The notes beneath the pieces were generated by a model. The model was not told where the DNA came from. It made no database searches and saw only the letters and a program-made list of their open reading frames with translations. This document shows, in pieces, positions 1-9,500 of a stretch of DNA of 45,106 bases (the first letter of the stretch is position 1; each line of letters starts with the position of its first letter). Source of the stretch: Nanobdellota archaeon. Lineage in GTDB: Archaea > Nanobdellota > Nanobdellia > Pacearchaeales > GW2011-AR1. Both the position numbers and the translations under genes were made by a program. Where the stretch lies: the NCBI GenBank assembly GCA_020430505.1, contig JAGQJT010000006.1, positions 1-45,106 of the forward strand, given 5' to 3'.

Positions 1-64
1 AATAATCTACAAAAATCAAATATATAAAATTAATTAAAAAAATAAAAATAAAATTTAAGAGAAT

Positions 65-262
65 TTATCTTCTCTTCTTTGTTGTTTTTTTCTTAGCTGG
101 TTTCTTAGCTGCTTTTTTCTTAACTACTTTCTTCTTAGCAACTTTCTTTTTCTTTTTACCACCTCTAGCCATTTTAGCCTCACAAACGTTTCCGCTTCCG
201 TCAACGTAGTAAAGGTGTCCTGGCTTTCTCTTAACAACACTCTTAACAATTACTTTTCCCAT
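65..262 (-). CDS. small basic protein with Lys-rich C-terminal tail (hypothetical, nucleic-acid-binding-like)
   Basis: 65-aa ORF. About 35 aa look globular (KRKPGHLYYVDGSGNV), followed by about 30 aa of nearly pure K/A/V. A GGAGGTG Shine-Dalgarno-like motif (267-273, minus strand) lies 4 nt upstream of the ATG. Confidence 0.6.
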   Translation of the reverse strand: MGKVIVKSVVKRKPGHLYYVDGSGNVCEAKMARGGKKKKKVAKKKVVKKKAAKKPAKKKTTKKRR

Positions 263-309
263 ATTTCACCTCCTTTTTGAAACTAATATAATAAAAATAC
301 TTCAATTAT

Positions 310-324
310 CTATTTAAACCTTTC
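310..324 (-). promoter_or_regulatory. BRE/TATA-like promoter motif GAAAGGTTTAAATAG
   Basis: The minus strand reads GAAAGGTTTAAATAG, identical to the motif at 3055-3069. It lies about 50 nt upstream of the 65..262 start, leaving room for a short leader carrying the SD motif. Confidence 0.4.
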
Positions 325-679
325 TAATCCTCGTCGGTGATCCCAAAAGTTCAAGAACCTCGTCGTATTTTCCATTAATAGGGATCTCAATAAGTTTTAC
401 AAATTTTCTCGACGGTAAAACATTAAATTCTCCTGGAGAAACAACTCTTTTCTCAATGATCTCATTTTTTTCGTCAAGCCAAACAGCCAAAAAATCAAAT
501 GGAATAAATAAAGAAAAAATTGCCATTCTCTTCGGTTTTCTAAAACTAAAAAGCATAGCTTCTGCACTTCTTTTCCTAGAAAACATTAACCCAATTCCCT
601 CATACCACCAAGGAACTTTTTTAACTGTCAAAGAAGAATATTTCTTTTTATCTTTAAAATCTATCTTTATCTTCCTCAT
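314..679 (-). CDS. DUF192-like protein (hypothetical)
   Basis: 121-aa ORF. The GLMF...MLF.F...PFDFLAVWLDEKNEII pattern resembles the DUF192/COG1430 core (GLM..GMLF...WM..T..PLD..F.D..G.I). Recognised by eye only. Confidence 0.5.
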   Translation of the reverse strand: MRKIKIDFKDKKKYSSLTVKKVPWWYEGIGLMFSRKRSAEAMLFSFRKPKRMAIFSLFIPFDFLAVWLDEKNEIIEKRVVSPGEFNVLPSRKFVKLIEIPINGKYDEVLELLGSPTRIRKV

Positions 680-1043
680 CTTTTATTCTCTTATAAGCAA
701 GATAGTGTTTATCAACATTCCTATCTGTAACATGATCATGATGCCTAAATCCTCCTCCAAAACTTTTTGGAATGTGCATCAATTCATGAATTATTACTTT
801 GATTTGTTCAACTTTGTCTAATTTATCAAACCTTTCAGACAAAAATTCCAAGATATAGTATGCTGGAATTCCCAATGCTTTTTGAGTTATCTTATCGATT
901 GCATGGCATCTAGCAATAACATATCTGGAACTAGTGCCGTAACTTCTAATAAACCTTACCCTATCAATATCTATGTGGGGAAAAAGCTTAGAACAAATAT
1001 CTTCAGCAATTTTTTGCAATTCAGGAGCAAATTCATATTTCAT
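654..1043 (-). CDS. putative zinc metallopeptidase (HExxH)
   Basis: 129-aa ORF with HELMH followed by FGGGFRHH, like the small archaeal predicted metallopeptidases. It overlaps the downstream ORF by 26 nt. Confidence 0.55.
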   Translation of the reverse strand: MKYEFAPELQKIAEDICSKLFPHIDIDRVRFIRSYGTSSRYVIARCHAIDKITQKALGIPAYYILEFLSERFDKLDKVEQIKVIIHELMHIPKSFGGGFRHHDHVTDRNVDKHYLAYKRIKDEEDKDRF

Positions 1044-1119
1044 TAAGAGTAAAGAAAAACCCTATTTATATTAATTTTGTAAAAGAAAGAGATGTAATCA
1101 CTTTATAAGTACTACAATA

Positions 1120-1134
1120 GAAAGATTTATATAT
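1120..1134 (+). promoter_or_regulatory. BRE/TATA-like promoter motif GAAAGATTTATATAT
   Basis: A purine-rich GAAAG followed by a TATA-like octamer lies 21-35 nt upstream of the ATG at 1155. It follows the same consensus as five other sites in the window. Confidence 0.4.
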
Positions 1135-1154
1135 TAAAGCAAAGATAAAGAAAT

Positions 1155-2267
1155 ATGAGTATATCCAATGAATTCATAAAATACAAAGATAGAAGGCAAT
1201 CAAAAATTGAAGAAATTACTAGCCAAGCAAATGAAGCAATCAAAAAAATAGAAACAGAGTATAATGAAAATGTTTCTGGAATGCTTATTGGAGAATTAGA
1301 CAACAATTATAGAAAGCTGGAAAATCTTTCTCAAAAATCAAAGTATTCTCAAGAAGAAATAGAGGCGGCTAAAGAAATACAAAATATCACAAAAGAGAAC
1401 TCTCTATTGAAAAAAACTCTAATTTCCAGCTTAAAGGGAAATTTAAAAGATTTAGTGACCAAGGGAATTCCAGAAATTCCAAAAGGACAAAGAGAAATAG
1501 TATCATATATATTTTCAAACGAAAGTTCATGTTATATTATCTCTCCTACCAAAGGAGATAATAAACAATGTGATTTAGCAAACAATTTAGAAGGATTGGT
1601 GGAAGGAGTTTTAAATCAAAATTTGGTACATCATCAAGAATTAAAAGTAGATTCCAAGAGCGATCAAGTATTAGATGGAAAATCAAAAAAAACAAAGCCA
1701 AATTTTGCTTATGAAGAATTGAATGGATATTTAGTTTGGGAAATAAAAGATTCAGAAAAAGATCCTGAAAGTCTAAAAAGATACCTTGTGAGAAAGTTTT
1801 CAAATGAACATGTGAGGCCAAAAGAGTTCAAAAACCTAGGGGTTTTGCACAGACTTGAAGAAATACCTAAAGAAGTATTTGAAGCGTTCAAAAATTCAGA
1901 AGTATTAAACATAGAAAAAGAACTTGAAAAAAAATACTTTGAAGTTTGTGAAAATGCAGGGAAAAAATTCACAAGAACACAATTAGCACAAGAAGGACAC
2001 AGTTCTTTGTATTTAGAAATAAGAAATTATGAGAAAAATCAAGGGGCAAAAGTGGAGTTTCTAGGAAAGGCTCCAACAGGGAGAAGCAAAAAAGAAAATT
2101 CACCAATTAAAGAACTTGAAAAAGAATATAGAGAATTATCAAAAAAAGCAGGACATTCATTAACAAGAACTGATTTGAATAAAAAAAATAGGCCATTATA
2201 TGACAAGATTAGAAAATTTGAAAAAGAAGAAAATGGCGGAGAGAGATTAGATTTCTTTGAAGATTAG
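1155..2267 (+). CDS. charged K/E-rich hypothetical protein with C-terminal tandem repeat
   Basis: 370-aa ORF of coiled-coil-like composition. Two copies of an approximately 45-aa repeat are present (EKKYFEVCENAGKKFTRTQLAQEGHSSLYLEIRNYEKNQG and EKEYRELSKKAGHSLTRTDLNKKNRPLYDKIRKFEKEENG). Confidence 0.6.
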   Translation: MSISNEFIKYKDRRQSKIEEITSQANEAIKKIETEYNENVSGMLIGELDNNYRKLENLSQKSKYSQEEIEAAKEIQNITKENSLLKKTLISSLKGNLKDLVTKGIPEIPKGQREIVSYIFSNESSCYIISPTKGDNKQCDLANNLEGLVEGVLNQNLVHHQELKVDSKSDQVLDGKSKKTKPNFAYEELNGYLVWEIKDSEKDPESLKRYLVRKFSNEHVRPKEFKNLGVLHRLEEIPKEVFEAFKNSEVLNIEKELEKKYFEVCENAGKKFTRTQLAQEGHSSLYLEIRNYEKNQGAKVEFLGKAPTGRSKKENSPIKELEKEYRELSKKAGHSLTRTDLNKKNRPLYDKIRKFEKEENGGERLDFFED

Positions 2268-2467
2268 GCAAACTCAAAAACCTTAATCTTAGATTTAAAT
2301 CCTTTAACAATTTTAACAGGCTTTCCAAATTCTCTTTTAAGAAATTTTTCAAGATAATAATTAGCTTTTCCTTCAATTGGTTTCTCTTTTATCCAAATTT
2401 CATATTCTTCTTCATTTATTTTAGTAAGTTTCTCTTGACTGGAATTTGCATGCACTTTTATCTTCAT
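2264..2467 (-). CDS. DUF167/YggU-family small protein
   Basis: 67-aa ORF. The pattern KEKPIEGKANYYLEKFLKREFGKPVKIVKGFKSKIK matches the DUF167 signature (..P.eGkAN..l..fl......v.i..G..sr.K). Confidence 0.6.
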   Translation of the reverse strand: MKIKVHANSSQEKLTKINEEEYEIWIKEKPIEGKANYYLEKFLKREFGKPVKIVKGFKSKIKVFEFA

Positions 2468-2517
2468 ACCAAAAAATCAGCAACAAACTTTTTAAACATT
2501 TTTTACTAAAAACTAAA

Positions 2518-3012
2518 ATGGTAAAAAAGAGGAAAGCGGAAAAGTCTCCTTATATTAAGGTGAAAAAGTCTAACATACACAATAAAGGAGTTTATGCAAG
2601 AAAAGATATCCCTAAGGGAGCAAAAATAATAGAATATGTGGGGGAGTTAATCACAAAAAAAGAAGCAGATGAAAGAGCAGATAAACAAATTGATAAATCG
2701 AACAAGAAAATAAAGAACGGAGCAGTTTATATTTTTGAATTAAACAAGAGATATGATATTGATGGAAATGTTTCGTGGAACAAAGCTCGTTTCATAAACC
2801 ATTCTTGCAATCCAAATGCAGAAACCGAAGACGAGGATGGACACATATGGATAAAGGCAATAAAACCGATAAAGAAAGGAGATGAAATAACTTACAATTA
2901 TGGTTATGGATGGGAAGATTATAAAGACCATCTTTGCAAATGTGGTTCAAAAAATTGTGTTGGTTACATTTTAGATCAAAAGCATTGGAAAAAGTTGAAG
3001 AAGGGAAAATAA
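2518..3012 (+). CDS. SET-domain protein lysine methyltransferase
   Basis: Motifs GVYARKDIPKGAKIIEYVGE, RFINHSCNPNAE, ITYNYGY and post-SET CKCGSKNCVGY. The start is moved to the ATG at 2518 (MVKKRK...), because the tracked 2446 start would overlap the convergent DUF167 gene. Confidence 0.85.
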   Translation: MVKKRKAEKSPYIKVKKSNIHNKGVYARKDIPKGAKIIEYVGELITKKEADERADKQIDKSNKKIKNGAVYIFELNKRYDIDGNVSWNKARFINHSCNPNAETEDEDGHIWIKAIKPIKKGDEITYNYGYGWEDYKDHLCKCGSKNCVGYILDQKHWKKLKKGK

Positions 3013-3054
3013 AGTTTTCTAAAAAAGTTATTAATTTAATAGTAATAACAAATA

Positions 3055-3069
3055 GAAAGGTTTAAATAG
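3055..3069 (+). promoter_or_regulatory. BRE/TATA-like promoter motif GAAAGGTTTAAATAG
   Basis: Lies 21-35 nt upstream of the ATG at 3090, spacing typical of leaderless archaeal transcripts. Confidence 0.45.
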
Positions 3070-3089
3070 TCTTATTATTTTCAAATTAC

Positions 3090-3692
3090 ATGAAAGAAAA
3101 TAAACTTGAAATTTTAGTTGTTGAAGATACCCCTGAAAATTTAGCTGTTGCTAAAGAATTTTATAACTCTCAAGATAATTTAGTTGTGGATTACGCAACA
3201 AACAGAGAAGATGCACTCTCACTTATAGATTCAAAAAAGTATGATGGAGTTATTACTGATAGAACTATACCTAATACAGAGAAAGATATTTCGCAGGGAT
3301 TAAATTTAACAAATAGTTATATGACCCAAGGTTCAGATGTTTTAGTATATTCTATTATGAAAAAAATCCCAAGTGTTATGTATAGTCAACATGGTCAACA
3401 TAGTCAATTCATTCTTTTCGAGAAAGATCCAGATAAGGAGATTCTAAAGAAAGCTCATGAACTTATTGAGGAAGCTACTCCTTTTTTAGAAGATCGGGAA
3501 AAACTTAGTGAAATTTTAACTCATGGCAAAGATATTTTTAGAATTGTAAGTCAGATTAAATCTATTCCAGAATATGAAGAAAAACAAGCAGAAGTTATTG
3601 ATTACGTTGTGGAAGGAGCTACTAAAAAAGACCCTAAATCTTGGTCTTTAGCTTTGAATTATCTAAAGAAAGAAATTTCTAAAAGAGAATAG
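3090..3692 (+). CDS. orphan receiver (CheY-like) domain protein
   Basis: The N-terminus LEILVVEDTPENLAVAK ... YDGVITDRTIP fits the acidic pocket plus phospho-acceptor Asp layout of REC domains. The C-terminal 90 aa are unassigned. No kinase is nearby. Confidence 0.5.
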   Translation: MKENKLEILVVEDTPENLAVAKEFYNSQDNLVVDYATNREDALSLIDSKKYDGVITDRTIPNTEKDISQGLNLTNSYMTQGSDVLVYSIMKKIPSVMYSQHGQHSQFILFEKDPDKEILKKAHELIEEATPFLEDREKLSEILTHGKDIFRIVSQIKSIPEYEEKQAEVIDYVVEGATKKDPKSWSLALNYLKKEISKRE

Positions 3693-3834
3693 ATTTTTAT
3701 TTATTTTTTATTACACCAATTTCGGCAAAGCCGACTATCTATTTTATCTTTGATAAAACCACGTACTCTTATTTTTAATCCTCAGTAATTTCGTTTAATT
3801 TCGTATTATGCAATTTTCAAATTCAAAGAAATGA

Positions 3835-5031
3835 TCAACGAGTAATAATCTCCAAAGCATCTCTGTGTTGAAGTTTGTAATCTTTACCCAAGGCCATTTT
3901 TGTTTTTGCATTTATTGCCTTTATGAAATTCTTTCCAAAATCTGTGTGCAAAAAATAAGCAAAATCTAGCGCAGTAGAGCCAGGAGGCAACAAAAAACAA
4001 TCCGGCAGTATATTCCCCTTAGAATCCCCCAATTTATTCGCTGAGGCAGGGAAAACAGCTAAATAACCTAATAAATCAAAGACAGATCTATTCAATATTT
4101 CTTGAACCCCTGTCCCATATTCATAAACTTCTAAAACATTTTCTTTAATCTTATCAAGAGCTTCTTTTTGCTTTTCATTCAAATCTTTCAAGATCTTAAA
4201 ATCTTTAGATCCCGGGATATAATCAATTAATCCTGCTTTAGAGGCTTGTCTCAAAGCTAGCTCAGAATCTGCAGAACAAGGGATAATTATTAAATCAGGA
4301 AATTCCTTAATAATTTTCTCATAGTTTTCTTTCCCATTTTCAATATCAATCTTATTAGCAGCAATAATCATAGGTTTAGACAACTTTCTTAAACCTCTAA
4401 CAAAACTCCTAACCTGTTCTTCGTTCCAAGTTGAAGATTTCTCAGGCAAACTTAAATTCCTCAACACTTCTTTAACCTGTTCTTCATTCACTTTCAAACC
4501 AGAGAATTGTTTTGCAACAGCCTCAGAGAATTTAGATTTCTCCATATCAACTTTTCTTGAAAAAGAATTCCAAACTTTCATGAATAAACCATAATACCAA
4601 TTGCCTAATTCTTCTTCTAAAAAAAGAATATCTTCTTTAGGATCGTGATTATCCACACTTTTCCCTTCTGCATCAGTTTTACCAGAGATATCTACTATAT
4701 GAATAAAAACATCTGCTTGTCTTAGATCATCTAAAAATTGATTTCCCAAACCTTTTCCCTCTGAAGCTCCCTTAACTAAACCTGCAACATCCATTAAATC
4801 TATTGGAACAAATCTCTCTCCTTCTAAACAAAAACCATGATTAGGATTACACTTTGCGTTAAATTCTTTATCAATACACTTTACTTTAACATATCCAACC
4901 CCATGATTTGCTTTGATAGTCGTAAAAGGGTAGCTAGCAATCTCGACTTCCGCTAAAGTCGCTGCTTTAAAAAAAGTGCTTTTCCCGACACTTGGCTTTC
5001 CAACAAGTCCTAATAACATATTATTATTCAA
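3835..5031 (-). CDS. YchF/Obg-like GTPase with C-terminal TGS-like domain
   Basis: G1 GLVGKPSVGKST, G2 region YPFTT, G3 DVAGLV, G4 ANKID. Overall length (398 aa) and C-terminal beta-grasp-like region match archaeal YchF/OLA1-type proteins. Confidence 0.85.
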   Translation of the reverse strand: MNNNMLLGLVGKPSVGKSTFFKAATLAEVEIASYPFTTIKANHGVGYVKVKCIDKEFNAKCNPNHGFCLEGERFVPIDLMDVAGLVKGASEGKGLGNQFLDDLRQADVFIHIVDISGKTDAEGKSVDNHDPKEDILFLEEELGNWYYGLFMKVWNSFSRKVDMEKSKFSEAVAKQFSGLKVNEEQVKEVLRNLSLPEKSSTWNEEQVRSFVRGLRKLSKPMIIAANKIDIENGKENYEKIIKEFPDLIIIPCSADSELALRQASKAGLIDYIPGSKDFKILKDLNEKQKEALDKIKENVLEVYEYGTGVQEILNRSVFDLLGYLAVFPASANKLGDSKGNILPDCFLLPPGSTALDFAYFLHTDFGKNFIKAINAKTKMALGKDYKLQHRDALEIITR

Positions 5032-5041
5032 AAAAACAAAT

Positions 5042-6535
5042 TTATATTCCTTCCGGTAATCTTGGGATTCTAACTCTTCTTCTAAGGAATAATCTATTAG
5101 GAACTCTTTTAATCAGAGGTTTATCTTTTCTCTTCTCTCTTCTCAATTTCATTATTATCAAGAAGATCAAGAACAAGATTACTATTATTGCAATTAACCA
5201 GAACCAAAAAGAAATTCTTTCTACTTTGAAAGTATCATAACTACTTGCAAAAGTTTCTCCATAGTTTACTTTAGCATAAAATAAGTAATCTCCTGGAGAC
5301 AAATCCTTTGGAACATCCAAAAAGAAAACATCAAAAAAAGTTCTATTCATAGCAAAATCTTCTTTCTTGATAGTATAATTATTGTTTGCAAAATCTATAA
5401 TCCTATACTCAAGGGAAACATCAAATAGTTCGCTTAAATCCCCCATATTCACAATTGTGATATTTGCTCTAACTCTTCCTCCAGGAGAAACATATTTTTT
5501 TAATACCTCTGTTCTTATATCAAACAAAGCCGCAGGATTTTTTACATCAAGAATAACATTGGTTATCCTATCAAGATATTCTGTTCTAAAAACAACTTTC
5601 CCTACGTAAACATCTGCAATCGCAGATTTTGAAAAATATATGTTTAAATCAACAATATATTCTTGACCTGCGGGAACAGTAACTTTATTTTGTTGGGGAA
5701 AAATAAAATTTTGAACATCTACGGGAATAATATAAATTTCAAGATCGTAAGTTCCATTATTCACAATTTTAACTTCTCTTTTTGTATATTGCCCAGTACT
5801 CATTTGGACAACAAAAAAATCAGGCTCAACATAAAAATCATATCCCGAAGGGGTTACATTTGTTTCATTACTTGGAGGAGTAGTTCCGCCACCGCCACCG
5901 CCACCGCCACCGCCACCGCCACCGCCAGTACCACAATCAGCAGGACAGTTAGTAGAATCTTCTCCAGACTCACAAACACCATTGCCACAAGTAGGCCCAG
6001 TTGGGGTTTCAACAACATAATAATAATCAGAAAAACTAGAAGAACTAAAAATTAAATTTCCCCCAGAATAACTAAATAAAGTGCAATCACTGCATTCACT
6101 TGCACCTTTCATAATAAGAGGGTTTGTAAAAGTTAAACCATACATTGAGAGAGTTACTTCTTTATCAAGATAAGGTAAATTAGTGGAATCGATTCCAATT
6201 AAATTATTAGAGATATTCAGATAAGAATCAAAATTAACAGTCCTTGAAAAACCTCCTGTTAAAGTAAGATTCACTGTTTCATTAAAAATAACTTTTCCAT
6301 ACGAGGATTTTTCCAAAGTCATATTAGATAGATTATTTAATTCAGTAGTATTTTTTCCTTCAAAAACAGTTGTACTTCCATCAAAAGTTTCTGCAAGTAT
6401 TCTCAAACCATCTATGCTAACAAAAGACTGGGAATTTCCTTCAATAACATTTCCTGTAATTGCAATAACTGAAGAAACCATTAAAAATACAAATAAAAAA
6501 AGCACCTCTCTTCTTACTGAAATCATCCAATACAA
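5042..6535 (-). CDS. surface protein with Cys-knot motif, Gly14 linker, Ig/CARDB-like repeats and C-terminal TM anchor
   Basis: N-terminal hydrophobic signal (VLFLFVFLMVSSVIAITG), CGNGVCESGEDSTNCPADCG, GGGGGGGGGGGGGG, beta-rich repeats, then FWFWLIAIIVILFLIFLIIM followed by a basic tail. Many N-x-S/T sequons. Confidence 0.7.
   Translation of the reverse strand: MYWMISVRREVLFLFVFLMVSSVIAITGNVIEGNSQSFVSIDGLRILAETFDGSTTVFEGKNTTELNNLSNMTLEKSSYGKVIFNETVNLTLTGGFSRTVNFDSYLNISNNLIGIDSTNLPYLDKEVTLSMYGLTFTNPLIMKGASECSDCTLFSYSGGNLIFSSSSFSDYYYVVETPTGPTCGNGVCESGEDSTNCPADCGTGGGGGGGGGGGGGGTTPPSNETNVTPSGYDFYVEPDFFVVQMSTGQYTKREVKIVNNGTYDLEIYIIPVDVQNFIFPQQNKVTVPAGQEYIVDLNIYFSKSAIADVYVGKVVFRTEYLDRITNVILDVKNPAALFDIRTEVLKKYVSPGGRVRANITIVNMGDLSELFDVSLEYRIIDFANNNYTIKKEDFAMNRTFFDVFFLDVPKDLSPGDYLFYAKVNYGETFASSYDTFKVERISFWFWLIAIIVILFLIFLIIMKLRREKRKDKPLIKRVPNRLFLRRRVRIPRLPEGI
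5886..5926. repeat. (GGT GGC)n microsatellite encoding the Gly14 linker
   Basis: About 41 bp of perfect ACC/GCC triplet alternation on the plus strand, inside a roughly 30% GC gene. Confidence 0.95.
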
Positions 6536-6560
6536 AAGAAAATATAGTTTATAAGAATTA

Positions 6561-9500
6561 TTAATTAACAGTTATAACTGCTCTTCTATATCTTGTTAAA
6601 GGCAAACTTCCTCCGCCATAACCAGTTCCATCATCCTTAACTTCAAGAATTGCATGAAATTCATCGCCTGAACTTGCATCTGAAGGAACACTAAATGTAG
6701 TGCTAGTTCCACTTAAAGGATTCAAAAATCCATTCAAATAATTTTGTTGAGAACCTGTGTATCCTGAAGGCTCTGGATAAACCCACCAAGAATATGTCAA
6801 AGAATCTCCATCAGGATCTGAGGTTCCAGAAGCATCTAGCGAAATACTTCCTCCAACATTTGCTGAAAACATCAAAACACTCTTAGTAGAATCTCCATTC
6901 AAAACCACATTTGGAGCATGATTAACAGAGTTAAAATTAGATGTCAAAGTCCAATCCATTCTTGCAGCAAAATCATTTTGATACTCCTCTCTCCATCTAT
7001 ACAAAGGGGAGTATTGGTCTGTATACGTTTGAGATCCATATAACCAAGTTTCAGAAACTTCATCAGTATACATTCCTCCAGGGTATACATTTTCATTTCC
7101 ATGATCTCTTCTAGGAGGAGTTGAATCAGTAATCTCTGTAAACCTTCCTCCCCAAGAACCATAATAAGGATGGTTGACATCACCTAATCCATTATTAATA
7201 AAATAAGTTATTGAAGGGCTATCGCCTTCCCACATATAAATTTTAAGAGGATATTTGTCCCCATAAGGATCATGATTATTTCGGATGTTTGAATTAAACC
7301 AATCTAAAGAAGCCACACTCAAATCCCCCCTTTGAGATTCAGAGGGATTTCCAGTTCCTTGAGCAAATGCTAAAAATTGATAAGCACTCCGAGTATAAAA
7401 AATATTTGGATAATTTTGAACTATCCAAGCTCCTCCACTATCTTGTCCAGCAATATCATAAACCTTTATTTTGGAGGTTATCTGATCCATTTGAGCTTGA
7501 GAATATCCCAAAGTATTTTCCATATCCCATAACGCTTGAGCCAAAGTTAAAGTTCCTCCCCACGCCATAAACCAAACAGGCCTATCATCGTTCTCGTTTA
7601 AAACAGATATGATGTGATTTGAACCTTCTGTAGATTTTCCAGAACCTACGCAAGCCAAATCAACACAATTGGTTTGCCCCAATTTTACAACACTATGCAA
7701 ATAAGAATCAGAAGGATAATTTGGATCTTGAACTTGCAAATTATTTAAAACACTTCCATAAGCATCAATTATTTCATTGAAGGTGGAAGTATCTCCTCTA
7801 TCCCACCCATGTTGAGAATTTGTTCCTATTAAACCTTCCACATCCATTTCATTTGAATAAAGCAAAAATCTAACAAAAGTCTCTTGATCATCAGGCTCAG
7901 ATCCCCCAATATCAGACATAACTACAACTCTAGGTTTTTCATAATTAGAAGAAATTGCTGAAGGAGCTCCTTTGTAGATATCAAATTCATCTATAATTTG
8001 CCCATTAACATTCTTGAAATAAGCGTGTGCTTTATTAGGATTTCCATCAACATAAAATTTTATGAATAAAACTCCAGTGGTTAATCCTTGTTGATTTGCA
8101 TAGATATTTCCCCAAATGTAATTACAACCACTTCCCCCTCCATAAGGATAAGAAGTAGGAGTACATCTTGTTTGATCTCTGAAACTATATCCTCCTGCAC
8201 CACTAACAAAAGCAAAAGATTTTCCTTCATCAACAACAACCTCATTAGGATTGCTTGGAACTCCTCCAACAAGAGGATGTTGATTTGTATCTACAACAAG
8301 ATTTTGAAAATCAGTTAAAGTTTTAGTTCTCTCATAAGAATGTTCATGGCCCATTGAGATGATCGCTCCATTTTCTAAACAAGCTTGGAAAGGAGCCCAA
8401 CCAACCTCATTGGTCTTACTTCCCACTTGCATAGTTTGTTGATTCTTATGCCATCCACATATTTTCCAGATATGGTTATCATCACTTAATTCTTGATTTA
8501 CAAAATCAGAATTTCCAGTAGGATCTATAGCTTGGGAACCAAAGACAACTTTTAGCCCTTCATACTCAAAACTATATCTATCATAATTATCATCATAAAC
8601 AGGAGTAAACCCATTCTCTTGCATATTACAATTAAACCACCCTGCCCAAGTAGTAGAGTCTGTACACCCGTCTCTTATGTCTCCCCATTCATCAGTGTCA
8701 TGATTTCCATTAGAACCCACATAAACATAATTGTTCCCAAGAGTATTATCGACACGATTTACAAAAGTAGTAGTAGGAGAATCATAAGAAAAATCACCAT
8801 TGTGAATCACCAAATCTGCACCCTCAGAAGAAATTAAATTTAAAGCATTTTGAAAGTTTGTTCCAGCCCCACTGTCCCCGATAAAAGCCACAAGAAGATT
8901 TTGAGTCGTGGGAATCAGGCTTGCACCTCCACCACCACCCCCAGTTCCTCCTGTTGTTCCTTCAACATATTCATAAGCACCAATATCCCAACTTCCGTCT
9001 CCTCCTCTGGTATTTCCATCTATATCCACATTATAAGAAGCACCAACATTAGTTCCAGCATCTATTGCAGGACTTGTTGATTGTAAATGGAAGTTCTCAT
9101 TTGCGGAATCAACAAATTCCGGATCCGCAACAACACTAGAACCAGACATTCCACTTGCACTAGAGATATACAAATTATTTGAAGATTGAGTTATCAACTG
9201 GGTATTGTGAATATATTTTACAGCAGGGATTGTTGAGAAAATATTATTTTTCAAATAAGCAGTCCCACCAGGTAACCAAAGGGTACCATAGGTTCCACCT
9301 TCACTATTAAAAATATTATTATAGATATGGCTCACTCCAGCATTAATTTGCATTGCAGTATTCTCCCCAGAAATTATGTTTCCAAAGACTTCTGCATAAT
9401 TAGTTTGAATGTCATAAATTCCTGTATTAAAAGGAGCAAAAATTCTATTATTACTTATTGAAACATCATCTCTACTATAAACTCCAATTGTGTTCGCTGC

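Noticed and set aside
2446-2517. Upstream 24-codon extension of the SET-domain ORF
   Set aside because: It overlaps the start region of the opposite-strand DUF167 gene. The ATG at 2518 begins a typical basic N-terminus directly before the SET core.
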